From: Cycas panzhihuaensis
Lineage: Eukaryota; Plantae; Cycadophyta
Length of the DNA stretch: 64,000 bases
Assembly: GCA_023213395.1 (NCBI GenBank)
Contig: CM041465.1
Span: forward strand, 181,605,741 to 181,669,740
Direction: 5' to 3'
Both the position numbers and the translations under genes were made by a program. The stretch's first letter is position 1. Every line of letters starts with the position of its first letter. Below, one piece after another: positions 1 to 14,481 of this stretch. The notes beneath the pieces are model-generated. The model was not told where the DNA came from. It searched no databases and worked only from the letters and a program-made list of their open reading frames with translations.

Positions 1-12
1 ACACACACACAT

Positions 13-44
<32 letters not shown>

Positions 45-143
45 CTATATATATATAAGTATATGTATGTATATATATATGTGTGTGTGTGTGTGTGTAT
101 GTGTGTGTGTATGTATGTATGTATATGTACATATGTACATATG

Positions 144-176
<33 letters not shown>

Positions 177-205
177 ATGTACATATGTATATATATATAT
201 GTATG

Positions 206-236
<31 letters not shown>

Positions 237-237
237 T

Positions 238-279
<42 letters not shown>

Positions 280-349
280 TGTATGTATATATACATATAT
301 GTATGTATATATACATACATGTATGTATATATATATATATGTATGTATG

Positions 350-395
<46 letters not shown>

Positions 396-411
396 CATAT
401 ATATGTATATA

Positions 412-464
<53 letters not shown>

Positions 465-513
465 ATATACATAAAAATACATATATATACATATATATGT
501 GTGTATGTGTGTA

Positions 514-547
<34 letters not shown>

Positions 548-645
548 TATATATGTGTATATATATGTGTATATATCTCTGTGTGTGTGTGTGTGTATGT
601 ATATATATATATATATATATATATGTACATATATATACATATGTA

Positions 646-716
<71 letters not shown>

Positions 717-849
717 ATATATATATACATGTGTATATATATATATATATATATACATGTATATATATATATATATATACATACATACATACATACATAT
801 ATATATATATGTGTGTGTGTGTGTATATGTATATATTTATACATATATA

Positions 850-920
<71 letters not shown>

Positions 921-924
921 TTAC

Positions 925-955
<31 letters not shown>

Positions 956-958
956 CAC

Positions 959-1029
<71 letters not shown>

Positions 1030-1039
1030 GATATATATA

Positions 1040-1072
<33 letters not shown>

Positions 1073-1075
1073 TTG

Positions 1076-1132
<57 letters not shown>

Positions 1133-1311
1133 GTATATATACGTATGTATATATGTATATATATATACATATATATATGTATATATATGTATGTATATGT
1201 ATATATGTATATATGTATATATATATGTATATATGTATATATATATGTATATAAATATAAATATACATATATATACATGTATATACATATATATATATGT
1301 ATATATATATG

Positions 1312-1366
<55 letters not shown>

Positions 1367-1477
1367 CTATATACATATATATATACATATATATATATGC
1401 ATACATATATATATATACATATATATGTATACATATATACATATATATATACATACATATATATATATATACATACA

Positions 1478-1509
<32 letters not shown>

Positions 1510-1578
1510 CATATATACATATATACATATACATATACATATATATATATATACATATGTATATATATATATACATAC

Positions 1579-1621
<43 letters not shown>

Positions 1622-1622
1622 T
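1..1622. repeat. Compound (TA)n/(TG)n/(CA)n microsatellite, runs off the left edge of the window
   Basis: Almost pure alternating purine-pyrimidine dinucleotides. All YI/CV-repeat ORFs here are artefacts of the repeat. Confidence 0.98.
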
Positions 1623-3287
1623 GAAAAAGACACTTCCAAAAAATGAATTGTACCCATTTTAGGATGTCAAACTACTTAGTTTGTCACTTGCTTTAGATGT
1701 ATGTGATTGATTTTCTGCTACAAATTAGCTTAAAAGAAGTTATATAAAAGTTAAATAAAAGCCTCAAACATATATTATAAATGATCAGTAAAAAAAAAAA
1801 AGAAAAAACTTCTTAAAAAGTTAAAAGGACAAACCTAGTAGGATATATCGAATGCTCAGATTGATTAGCTTCAAAGTTGTAGTAAACAATACCAAATTAA
1901 TATGAGATTATACCGATTTGAAGATCAATAAAATATCTATTTGATGGATTTGATAATTTTGAGAATAGGTTTTTACAAGTTAAGATTTTAATGCACAAAT
2001 AATATGGTCCCCTTTTTGGGGCTTAACGGGAGCCTAGGGCTCAAATGATTATGAAATACTAGTAAAAACTTTATAAAAGAATGTAAAATAATCAAATATA
2101 ATTTAAAGAGCTACTTAATATAATTTGAGTTAATAAACTTGAGAAATAGTGTATAAAAATATTTAATAATGATAAACTATAAGCTTTTATGTACCTCAAC
2201 TTTGATAGCTTGGAGCACATACAAAATAGACTCAAAATAAAATAAAAATAACTTAAAGCTATAGATCTTTAAAATATCTTTCACCAAAATTAGACTGTAC
2301 TCAATTCTGAGCTATAAAGCTCAAGATATTAAAGAAACCATTAAAAGTGTCTTTCTTAGGTTAATAAAATAGGTAACACAAATAAGGTCAACTTTGACCT
2401 ACTCAAACCTACAAGATAATTAGTCAAATCAAGCAAAAAATACCTTTAGGAAGTAGTGCTCTAAATAAGAATTCCAATGAATCTTACAGTTCAGAAATAT
2501 GATTTTCGGTTGAGGAGATGTAACTAAAAATGTAAGTAGTACTTTTTATATAAATATGTTTAAAAACACTAAAGTGTTACTTTTACTAATTAAAATAATG
2601 ATTAAAAAAAATCCTAAAAATAAAATGAGTAGATAGTGATGAAGTTTGCTAAAAATAAATTGCTATGGAGTAGATCTAGGAAAAAAATGATCTCTCAATG
2701 ATAAAGTATAACCTGATAGAAAAGGATTTTGTGATAATAATTCAAAAATGCTTTGAAAAAAAATAATTGACTTTATCTCATTAAAATCAGCTCAAATCGG
2801 CTCCAAATATGGTAAATAGCCATTTTAAACTATAGCCCACAAAATTTTAGACTCAATGGGATAGGTTTTGTCAGAAATCGATACTCCAGTGAGAAGATAT
2901 TGTAGAAAATAGCCAGGTACCTTATGTTTTAAGAAAAAATTAAAAAAAAAAAGAAGAAAATTTATAAGCTTGAAATTGGATCCTTTTAACAGAATAGCTA
3001 AATTCATATGGATTGATATGACCAGGGGCTTGCAACCTTAAATGGGGCTTAAGAACTTTACAAATAAATTTGAAATGTTATATATTAAAGTTTAATTAAA
3101 AATAAACTTTATAAAAAATTAAATCAACGTTAATATGCTGAAACTTGAGCGTCGACCTATGCAAAGAACAGAGGCATAATAGTCAACTAGAAAGTAATTA
3201 AAGAGGTCAGTAGAGTAGATTAAGAGGGTTGGATCGGGGGCATCGAGGGTCCTACTAGAGGATCAAATAAAGCTACCTTCAAAAAAA

Positions 3288-3290
<3 letters not shown>

Positions 3291-3355
<65 letters not shown>
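3291..3355. repeat. (AT)n microsatellite, ~32 units
   Basis: Perfect AT run seen directly. Confidence 0.95.
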
Positions 3356-3357
<2 letters not shown>

Positions 3358-5245
3358 GTAGTGTATATAGTGCGTGGCCTTCAGGAAGTATCTAACAAAC
3401 CAAAGTGTATTCGGAGCTTAAAAATGATGATAATCACTCAAATTTCTATGCTGGGAGAGGGGCAGCACATCCTCCAACAAAATAGGGTGAAAATAAGTTT
3501 AAAAAAGTGATTATATAGTATACATACAGTGTAAAGAATTGTGGACGAGGGGCGCACGATGAGAGGTTAGATAGAGAATAATGATACTATATAGTATAAA
3601 GAGCTTGGATTACTCTCAGATCTGAGCTAATATGTGAAGACAATGGGCACCTTAATAAAGAGATCTAGATTTTATTAAAAAATTCAAAAAATATTTCAAA
3701 AAACTAGTGAGAAAATGGTGAAAACCTGATAAACTGGAGCCTGAATTACTTTGAAGGCAGGATCTCTCTTTATAGGCCACAGAATGAGACAAAAATTAAC
3801 AAGTAGTAAGGTGTCTTAGGCAGCAAGGAGTTGGTAAAATTTCAGGACGATCTATTGCTTGTGCACTAAAAAGAAGCTTGTAGACTGAATGGGGGATAAA
3901 ATGGAGTAGTAATTGATCAAGATGAGATATCTCACTAGACGATCAACGAAATCTTAAACTGTTTATTTCACTAGCTCACTAGCTCAATAAGGATCACAAT
4001 GAGTGGTCACTTTCAGGGGTTTTAAGTGCTAGATCTTCTACACATGCTTACCGAATTGAGGGTATCAAGTCGCCCAAAAAAATAAACTTGAAAAATAAAT
4101 GTAAAATGAAAAAATAAATTTTTTAATTTGAGAAATGATTAAACACCTTCAAAAATTAACCAGATATGGGTGTGAGGAGTCTATAGAGGTAGATCAATAA
4201 ATTGTTTTCTAAAAAAATATAATTTCTATATAAAAAATCAAAAAAATATGTCAATAAAAGGATGCACTTAGAGAAAAAACTTCAGTAGGTTAGATCTCAC
4301 CAATGGAGAAATGAAAGCTGATGAAACTGGAGGAGTAGCTTGATATAGTTTATGGAAAGATCCCTACCAAATTTTATTACAAACAGATGCTTATATACAG
4401 AGAACGAAGCTCTAGCTCCTAAGGAGGTCGTACACTTTTATGGAGACCGTATGGCCTAAAAAATGCTTAAAATTAGACTAAACTTACTTGGCCTATCTTA
4501 TATCAGACCTGCACCCCTGTTACATAAAAAATCTAATAAAAAAAGAAGCCAAAATAATCAAATGAGAGAAGGGGCAGTGGGGTTTTACTACAAAAAAAAA
4601 TATAGTTGAGCTTTTAGGAGAGAGATCTCTTCGTCAAAGCATAAAAAATTGAAACCATCTAATCTAGTATGGAGCTGACTTAGAGAGCTTTGAAATGACT
4701 AGTGATTTACTAGGGTTTCGTTCACCATGGAGACTGCACTAGCCTGTAAAAGAATAAGTTCCTTCATAAACCTTAAAAAGATGGTGAATAAACAATAAAA
4801 TCTTATAAAATATCAAATGAAAACTTAGTATAACTTTTCCAAAAAACTTGTTAGGCTGAATATGTAGCAATTATTATATAGATTTGAAAAAATATTGAGT
4901 AAATATACTAAATATACCAAAAATAGCTCAATATTTAACAAACTATACAAAACTTATTAATAAAAACTTCATAAAGTGATGAGATCTTGAATATTTTACC
5001 GATTATAGCTGTGATCCTACACAGATCTATGAAAACATGGGTTATTTTATAGATATAAATAAAAAATAATAAAAACTTTTAATGAAAAATAATACAAGAA
5101 ACTGCTAACAAGCTTTGTAAAAGATGAATAGAACTAATATTTGGATTTCCATGAGTAGATCTGCTTTAGAAGCTAATGGATCTTCTTACTTCCCAAAAAA
5201 AAACTTCAACAAGTCAAAATTTGAGCTAATGTACGCAGGATCTAT

Positions 5246-5531
5246 GCTCTGATACTAAATGAAGGTTTATAAAATGGAGACAGAGCGAAGCAGATATCAA
5301 AATAATCAAGTCATTGTATTGAAAGAGCATAAACAAAGTATTACAATTAATCCATTGTAGGGAGTATATACAACTTTCCAAAAGAAGGTGGTGTCAAAAG
5401 GCACCAAGATTTGTCAACCCAGTAAATATATAGTTTGAGGGAGGAGGGAAACCTCCTTAACCTCCAAAATTTAAAATATAATAAAATAACGTTTAACTAA
5501 AGTAACTTTAACCTTTTCTTACTTACCTTCA
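5246..5531 (-). mobile_element. LTR (5260-5531) plus tRNAiMet PBS of a minus-strand LTR element; its apparently non-coding internal part extends left towards the microsatellite
   Basis: TGAAGG...CCTTCA inverted termini. GCTCTGATACTA at 5246-5257 is the reverse complement of a decayed TGGTATCAGAGC, 2 bp from the LTR end. The partner LTR is not seen. Confidence 0.6.
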
Positions 5532-7335
5532 CATGTATGCACTCATATGTATAAATGGTGGGAGTGAGATGATGAACGTTAACCCTAACAAAATTCACTT
5601 AATAATAGAAATTTATTACTATTTGTGTTGGGCACTATCTAGACTCTATTAGAGTTGTGATGGAAGCTTTTAAGGGCTAATTAGGCATATTGGATGATTC
5701 CATATGCTTGATAGGTAACATCTGAATGTGGTTCGATAGTGGTGGGTTGCATTGGGCTCATTCTCATGGCATTAAACTCTATTTAAAGGTTCTTTAGATA
5801 TATTGAGCATCAAATCTTATGCCTAGACAACAAAGCTATTATTGTCATCTTCCATGGGCATGATTAGATCCATTTAAGAAGTTTGTAAGCTTATGTTTAA
5901 GGTGTGGTAATGCATTCTGTTATATATAATGCTTGTTTTATAGTTGATTCTCTTGTTTAAAGGTTGTTAGTCTATTTATACTAGTGGGAATGCCAGCATG
6001 GTGAATCGTGATCTATTAGAGATGTAGTGATTTATAATCAAGTTTATATTCTTCTCTAAGCTTACAAACCTTAGGATATGATCACAATTATTAATTACTC
6101 ATCTTTATGTATTTTTTAAAGTAACATATACCTTAAAAGTTGTGCTCACGTCTATTTAACAAAAGTAATTGCATGTTGGAGTAAAAAATTCGTGATTGAT
6201 AAGTGATTTAATCATTGGCTAAAAGTATGAATTTGAAGGATTAAGGAATGGACATGATTCAAAGTATGTTGGAATTCCTACAAAGCAATTTGGAGCTTGT
6301 TTATTAGTCATTTAAAGGTTATGTTCATTACATAAAGCCACATGAAAAACACTTTGATGTCATAAAAAACTATGGTAAATCTGTGTGCAAATTAGTTGTG
6401 TTGAAGGCTCATTCTAATATAGAGACGTCATATAATGATTTTGCTTAACGAATGTTCATTTTAAAGCTTATTTAGAATGTGAATACTTATTATGGTAGAA
6501 TATGTTGTGTGCATTTATGAGCCACTATGGGTGGTATGATGGTTTACATGTGTATTAGATTAAGTGATAATGTTATGCTTGTTATTTACTTAAAAGCACG
6601 AGTAAGTGAATTAATGTGATAATTCTTTTAAAAATATTATGATATATGTAAGAGGCAATATTACGTATTTGGAGAGTATGAAGTTATGTATGGAGCACAA
6701 GGACCATACATATGAAGTGTGAGGCTCCATATGTAATATGTGAATCCATCATGAAGTGTGGAGGCCATATACGAAGAATAAAAGTCACGTTTAAAGCATT
6801 GGAGTATTGTCCTAGTATGTTTGAAGGCATATGAACCTTCAAAACATTATCAAAACTTATGTCTCAAGCCAATATAAAGCTATTCAATATCTAGATTTCA
6901 TGGCATGCAAAAGAAGATATTTTGGGAACCCTTTGCATAGTTCTAAGAGAAAGCACTAAGCCCATATATAAGTGTAAAGTTTTTTACAAAGGTATGACAT
7001 GGAGAGAAGTCACAGAAGAAATAGATTTAAGGTGCCTTCTAGAAGTAGGCATATATAATTATTGATAGGAGTGATTTGAAGGAGACTTAAATGAGTGAAG
7101 TTTATAGTTATGGGCTAATGAAACTATCATTAACTTTGGATCAAATAACACTCATTCATGACTTGAATAGTGTATACTAATGTAAGATTTATGTTAATTT
7201 AGAAATTTTACAAAATTATCCTTAAGGAGGATGGGGAGGGTATGTCAAATACAAACATGACAAGAAGGGTAATTCCAACCTTTACTAGAGATTTCAAATT
7301 GTAGATCAAATACCCACTTCTATATTAAGGGGGGA

Positions 7336-7704
7336 TGTTACAATGATAATTAAGGTTAACTGCTTATGGTTAATTCTAAGTAATGATTATTTAATATTAA
7401 GCCAAAAGACATGAATACCAAGACTTGCAACCATTGATTAATTCACCGTTTGGGGTGTTACATAAACCCTTAGGTGGCATTTATAATATAGGTCAACTAT
7501 ATTAAGGAAGATGTTCCAATTAAGATTGGAAGAAAGATAGTCAATCGTTTTTTCTATGTGAGTTTTTTTCTAAAAGTGTTTTGCCATGTTAAACTTGTAT
7601 ACTATATACTTATGCTCTTTTATATTTGTTTGCATATATATGATCAAGATCCTTATTATTAAAAAATGTATGATTTATAATTTCATATTTTTTCATAAAT
7701 GATA
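7336..7704 (+). mobile_element. Copia-type LTR preceded by PPT (paralog of 46767-47136)
   Basis: AAGGGGGGA immediately followed by TGTTA; similar to the LTRs at 44543 and 47875. Confidence 0.6.
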
Positions 7705-7887
7705 GGTAGGGATAGCTTTATCTATTTGAATCATATTAGGATGGGTATTGTTTATATTGACAAATTAGTGTCTCATTATATGTATAATTCTTAGGAGCCA
7801 CATTGGGTTATAACAAAGCAAATTTAGAGATGTTTAGAGTAAATTCTTAATCTTAGTATGGAGTATCTTGGTAGTGGAGATATAAAG

Positions 7888-8075
7888 TTGCATGGCTATA
7901 TTGATGCAGATTAGGGAGGAGACTATGATAATTAGAAATCTACTACTTAACATGTGTTTGGTATTGGCAATGGATTTGTATCATGGCAATCAAAGAAGCA
8001 ATAGTCAATGACACTATCTTATATAGAGGTAGAGTATGAAGGACTCACTTTTGGTGTAAGAGAAATTTTATGATT
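7888..8075 (+). pseudogene. Ty1/copia RNase H N-terminal remnant
   Basis: Translates LHGYIDAD*GGDYDN*KSTT*HVFGIGNGFVSWQSKKQ...EVEY, matching the Copia DADWAG..RKSTTG..SW.SKKQ..EAEY motifs. Confidence 0.85.
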
Positions 8076-10412
8076 ACATGTATCTTGGATCACATCTTAG
8101 GATCACTAAATCAATCTTATTTAGAAAATCATCTACTAATATATTTGGAAGACACCTAAAGGTGTCATAATATAAAACCAAACTCTTATTTGACATTAGC
8201 CAATGTCATATATTAGTGTGAATAGAGGACATTAGTGTGTACGACACAATATAATTAGTATATATGTGTATAATGTTATAACTAGTCCTAATAACTTCTT
8301 TAGATTCACCTTTAAAGAGTTCTTGGTATGAAAGAAATATCTAGATGTCTCTAAACAATTACTAGACTATTATAATAGTGAAATAAATTCCCATATAGGA
8401 TGGAAGGGAAGCTAACTCTATGGTATATATAACATTAATTTAAGACAGGGTCATTTTGGAGTTAGTAGATAGAAGGCCCTAACCTTAGTACCTTATAATA
8501 TAGAGGCCTAATTTAGATGAGGTTAGAATATTGGTAGGATATAATATATACTTCATATTATATTGATATATATAAAACTAGCTTAGAGAATTGACTTATG
8601 CCTTAACTCAATACAAACTCTATAAACTCTCTTAGTGATCTTGACTCATGAATTGGTAAGATGTGATATAATGGAAATTGGGCTTATATGGATTAGGCAT
8701 AAGAAGTTGGCTTAGTAGAAAATGATAAGAAAGGAAAGGAAAAAGAAAATTCTATTATGCTCTATGACTCATCCACCTAAGATATTGGATGTTGTATCAT
8801 ATGAGATGTTTATTACTACATATGTTAAACATATCATGCCATGTCACATGATGCTAGATATGCTAGTGTTAGGTATCAGAAATCATGTTATTATTTTATT
8901 CATATGGGTCACATATGATGGCTAGTGACATTATGATTATTGTTTATGATGCCCCTTGATGCATGAGGGCTTGAGATATAATATAAATGAAATAACTTAC
9001 TAATCGATAATGTATTTCTATATTTCTTTCTTTTCATTCCTTTTTGTTCACCTAAGATTTTTTTAGGGCCATCTTGCCTTTTATACCTTTATTCTTTCTT
9101 TAAAGGTCTACAATGTAAGAATTTCAACTCTTCTACCTATTTTTATTATTGACTTGCACTCTAGTTAAGGGGATGTGAAAATTTTGAATAAGATCCATGA
9201 AATATGAGAGGCAAGTAAAGATCTACACTTGATATAATATGGTAGATTGTGACTCTTAAATAAGAAGGTTTTCAACTTGAAGAGAAAATAGATAGGGTTG
9301 CCCCTTAGCTTTGGGGATCATGTAGTGTAGAGTACCTATTCTAGGGAAGCTAATGGACTAGAAAGGATCTAGAAACACTACACCATCCTAATTGATGCAA
9401 GTTCATCTATGTGGAGTGCAATATGGCTTAGGTATAGTTTGAAGGATGTAGAATGTTGTAAAGACTAGTTTATAAGAGAAGGTGGATAGAAGCATGAGAA
9501 ATGAATGGGAGTGCATAAGGAAATCCTAACATTACACGAATCTACTCTCTTAATAAATAAATATATATGAATATTAACTTTATAATAATTACTTTTAAGC
9601 CTTATTATAACTATTCACACTATACCCTCTATGTAGGTTATAGTATTTGATGTTACATGCCTTAAAGCAAGTGAGGATGTGAAACCTACCTAACCAACAT
9701 ACCATCACTTAACATAGATGGTTAAAATATAAAAGGATGAAAAAGAAAAACTTAGAATTGTAAAGAAAGGAAAGTGAATGTTGTTTATACTTATATCTCC
9801 ACTCCCTTTGTTTAATTTAGGGAAGAAGATAGGATGGGAGATTTTCTCTTATGCCTCATATTTTTTTGGTATTCAAAGATAAAGATATGAAGACCTTAAT
9901 ATAAATAGTCATTATATAAAGATATTGAGATAGTAGTATTAGCTATATATTTCCTTTTTATGAAGAGAACATTATGGCATAAATAATGAAGAGAATACAT
10001 GCCTTTTAATTGTTTAGTAGTGTTTAAATGCAATGGTTTTTCTAACTTTACTTAAGATAAGGTTAAGGAGTATGAATTTATAGATGTGGTATAAATTGTA
10101 TTAGATCTGTAGGTAGCTTTTAGTTATGGATCTAATTCATTCTATCTAGATCCATAAGATTTAGCTCTAAGTTATGGATCTAATTCATTCCAAAGGTATA
10201 AATTAATGATAAATCGATCTTAGACTTGTTACAACCCAACATTGCCCAAAATGCCCCTATAGAAAAAATAATGTCCTTCGAATAGAGAAAACCTAAGTGG
10301 ATTCAATTTAAAGTAAGAAGAATTAACAAAAGAGATCAACATTGTAGAAATAACATGGTTACAAATTGAAATATATGTTAGAATTTAAAAAAAATCCCAT
10401 TTAATGAACCAT

Positions 10413-11170
10413 GGGCTATGATGCGCTTTTGGAAATATGATAGAATCAGAGCAATGACTAGTAAGTAAATAATAGAAATGGCATAAATATAATTGCACAA
10501 TGATTTACAAAAACTAATCTTGTATTAGATCATAAATGAGTACAATGGCTCACAATATATCCTCACATCAATGCATCAATTTAATTACTACACACTAAAT
10601 CCCCTTAATGAGAGTAAGACTGCTCCTCATATTAGTGTAAGTTAAGAATAAAAATGTATAATAAAGAAACATTAAGGTACAATTGTACAAGAAGAAAACA
10701 TGAAGTTAAAACTCATGCATGCTCTTGCATGGTAGAAGAGAAATATAAAAACATACTTCTTTAGGGAACTTACCTAATGTAATTCATTAGTTAATATGAG
10801 TAAGAATTTTTAACACCTACTTATAATATACAATTCATTATGCCTCACATATGAGAGATTTTTTATCTTATCAAGAGTTAATGCCTTAGTGAGAATATCA
10901 ACATGTTAAACCTCAGTGGGATAATAGACCAACTTAACTATCCTAAATTGCACCTACTTTTACACAAAGTGATTTGGATTGAGTTACATGAGAAATATTT
11001 GTATCATACACAACTACTTTGTGTTGGCTATTATCACCTAAAATAATGGATTGGTTATAACTACCTTTGAGTTCACTAAGCCATTCTTCATGAATAACAC
11101 TAAACAAAAAACCTTTCTCATCATCTATAGTTAAAGCAATAGATTTCTTGGCTTTCTTCATATCTGCTTT
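10413..11170 (-). mobile_element. Deleted Copia unit: protease-region and RNase H tail remnants, PPT, LTR (10427-10815), decayed PBS
   Basis: Homologous to 50543-51878 and 53506-54300. Minus strand reads DILTKAL (RNase H end) and EWLSELKGSYNQSIILGDNSQHKV. Confidence 0.7.
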
Positions 11171-12992
11171 AACTACCTTTGCACATTTTTTTCTCTTCCG
11201 TGACTTTCTCTTATAGTGTCTATTGAAGGTGCCTATGTGGTGATCTTCATGATGCTCTTCATTTTGTGTTTATAGGCTACTCATGAGGTCCCATGGCTAT
11301 GGTTGCATTGTCTCCTTTTCTTTGTTGCTTCTAGTCATGGCAGTATGATTCCTTCTCTTTTTCTTCTCTTTAGCATGCTCTTTACAACATAATGACATAC
11401 TATCATGCTGTTTTCTATATGTTGTAATAATCCTGTATTGAGGTTGTGGGTCATTTAGATAATCATGGTATATTCAAAAAATGCTTTAAATGAATGCTAT
11501 ATGGTTACCTATTGCTATTGCTACTATTGAAGAAGTTGATGTCGGCAACCCCATGCCATTGATCCCTGAGGTATCACTTTCTTCCTCTCCTTTTTTTTGG
11601 TCAAACCTATGTGGATGGAGATGTAAAGTGTTGCATATGTGCAGCATCAAGAATGGCCACTAAGTTGTATATATTCTTTAAAACCTTCATAGAAGCTAGA
11701 ACATGAAATATTTACGGCTTCCAAGCTTCCATGTCAAGCTTTTAGTGGGAAATGCAAATACGAGCATCAAATTCTTGTAAAAGATCTAGTGTTTTCCTTC
11801 TAGTTGAATCAAAATATGGATGATGCATAAGTGTTGTTATATCTACAAACATACTCTAAATAGAGATATATATTTTTAATATTTTTTTTGACATTTTCTT
11901 CTATAAAATAGACCTTATAGGGATTTATAGTGATTATAACAATGCATAATTTGATAGAGAACTATGGCTTCAAGTAGCCATTAAGAAAAGAAAATTTTTA
12001 TATATTTTTAATTCCCTTTTGATAACAAATATGCTACCTGTACAGGGTGATCAAGCCTACAAGAGTAGTTGAGCTTGTTTATTTTTTAAAAGAAAATAGT
12101 TACTCCAAAAAATATTTTATGACCTTAAATAAAGAACTTGCATGCTTGGAAAAGGATACCTACATACACCTAATAATGGTCATTAAAAGAACTTTTTAAA
12201 TACATAAAAAATATTTGTCATTTTTTGTCATTTTTTGCCTCCTTTTACAAATTTAAACAAGTTCAGTAATAACTTAAAAAATTTTCTTTCAGTAACTTTC
12301 AAACTTCTTCAAAATAGGCTTAAAACAACCTTTTTAATATCTCTAAATAAGCTTTAAATAGCCTTTGATAGCATTAAAGAAACCCCTTAAAAAGACTTAA
12401 AATAATAATGAAAATAATCCTAAATACTTTAGAAAATAGTAATAGTAATAACCCCTTAAAATATGCATAAAATATAGCCAAAATTATCTTTAAATATGTT
12501 GAAAAAAAATGACTACAGATAGGTCATTAATAAGGTACAAAATCGCTTATTTCGAGATGTATTTTTCTTAACGCCGCGATTTTGGAAGCTTCAGAGGTGA
12601 CTATGGCGGCTAGGGTTTATCGTAACTGCAAGGGGGGGGCCGTCCCCGGATGAGCTTGTGCGATGGAGTGAGCATGTTTTCTCGCCCGCATCCGTGAACT
12701 TAGGCGATCCTCCCGAATGAGGGTTTGGTAAGGCGTCGAGCGTGCTTGAAGGGGTTAGCGTGGTGGTCCTCTGGCCGATGCGAGGGGATAGCGATTAAAG
12801 GGAAGGTGCCTCGTGACCTTAGATGCGATGTCATGCGTTAGGATCGGCGTGGAAGGCTTCCTCTCAAGGTCCGGACGAGTTCTTCAAGGGTTACGCTATA
12901 GGAGATACAAAGGATGATTCGTAAGCGTTCGTAAACGCCAATGTAAGAAGGGTATGGCTATGTGCGCACTGCCCGCGTCTTGAGTCTTAGTT

Positions 12993-14469
12993 GTGCTTTA
13001 TTTCGGTTGTGTAAGATTTTTGTTTTGTAACCAATATGATCTTTGTCGGACTGTAACCAAACTCCCGCCTTCCTGGAGATCTTATCTAGATGTTGTAAGA
13101 ACCGGAAACTCAAGAACAAGACATTATCCGGCCAAAGTTGGAAATAGATATAAACTCACCATACCGAAAGAAGTAACCAAAAACTATTCAAGATTGGGAG
13201 TATAGCCCGGTGGGTAGGTTTTCGCCCCTGTGCCAAGCTTAGATGTTATAAGAGAGTGGATCAGAAACAAATGGAAGACCAGAAACCCTGTCCAAGTTAT
13301 GGCTCTGCCAAAAGGCTGCGTCCTTTTTAGATTCTTAAATCAAGAGGACATGATCCCTGTCCTGTTAAAGTCCCATTGGATGTTTGGAAGAAAGGCTATG
13401 TCATTGGAGAAATGGCACCCTGACTTCGACCCGGAATCCTCAGTGAAACAAGCCCGATTCAGGGTCCAACTCCCTGGGCTCCCTTTGCATTTTTGGAACC
13501 CGGAGACGGTGAAAGGAGCGGCCAGAATGATTGGGCCTCTTCTGGCCTGGGACTCGGCCACTAGGCATAGATCCAGATTGATGAATGCCAGATTTTGCGC
13601 CCGCAAAGTTAGACCAGTGAATTCCGATCGAGGTAGAGATTGAGTCGGATGGTAGATCTATCATCCAAGGTTTATTTTATGAAACGGAGGGTTTCAGATG
13701 TGCTAATTGCAAGAGCAAGGGACATCTTCCCTTTCAATGTCCAGGGGTTCTTCAGAGTGAGGAAAACCAGGGGCCTGGGAGGGCGAATGATGAAGCAAGA
13801 CCATCTGAAAGTTTAGGTAAGGAGTGTTGTGGTGCCGAGGAAGTTGTGGGGACTCCGAGCGAGGTGCCTGATGTTTTCGGTCCATCCAGCAGTGTGAAAA
13901 GTCAGATTCAGGCGGGTGCGGCGGTGGGTGCCTCGGCCTATCCTTTGAGTCAGGGGGCGTCGGAGCCCGCGGAGGGGTCTAGTTTGGTGTTGGATGGTTG
14001 TCAGGCCCTCGGCCCGGTTTGCTTTTAATAGGATCCTGTGGTACATAAAGATCTTCCTGAGGAGCCTGGGCAGGGGGTTGGTGTTCCTCTGGTCAACGTT
14101 GACGAGACAACATTGGCAGGTATTGTCAAGAACATAAACTGGGATCTAGAGGATTATTTGTCTGAATCTGAGGAAGGGTGCCTGAGAGAAGCGAGTCAAG
14201 AGGTGCGTCAGATTGGCCTTGCGGCCGAAGGAGGAGCAGGTCCTAAGGGTGAAGCAGAGAAAGGGGGAGGAGGGACTCGTAAATGGGTCTCAAAAACATC
14301 AGAAGCAAGGAGGGCACCAGATTTTGGGTTGGAGAAGAAGGTGGGTAGACCCCCAAAAAAGATTACGAGAGAGAAAGAAACTCAAGCACAAATAGATATG
14401 GGCCTTCAGAGTACACTAAAAGAGGGGGGGGTGGCAGTAGGCCCCAACCTCAGGAGCAGGAAAGGTTGA
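12993..14469 (+). pseudogene. L1 ORF1 (DUF4283-like domain plus CCHC zinc knuckle), frameshifted
   Basis: FRFLNQEDM...HWMFGRKAMSLEKWHPDF...VQLPGLPLHFW...ARFC is typical of plant L1 ORF1. CANCKSKGHLPFQC (CX2CX4HX4C) at ~13698-13740. The start position is approximate. Confidence 0.85.
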
Positions 14470-14481
14470 TGTGTGTTCTAG

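Larger units (their letters stand above)
5590..11170 (+). repeat. Segmental duplication copy A (direct repeat of 45040-51878); compound block of Copia remnants
   Basis: Colinear, roughly 85% similar by eye, e.g. 5700-6500 vs 45165-45950 and 8100-10200 vs 48270-50390. Copy A lacks ~47510-48249 and the L1 insert at 50614-51223. Confidence 0.9.

Noticed and set aside
67-1662. Ten long ORFs of YI/CV repeats
   Set aside because: Alternating dinucleotide repeats lack stop codons; these are not genes.
11560-11800. Possible SWIM/transposase fragment
   Set aside because: No convincing motif spacing in any frame.
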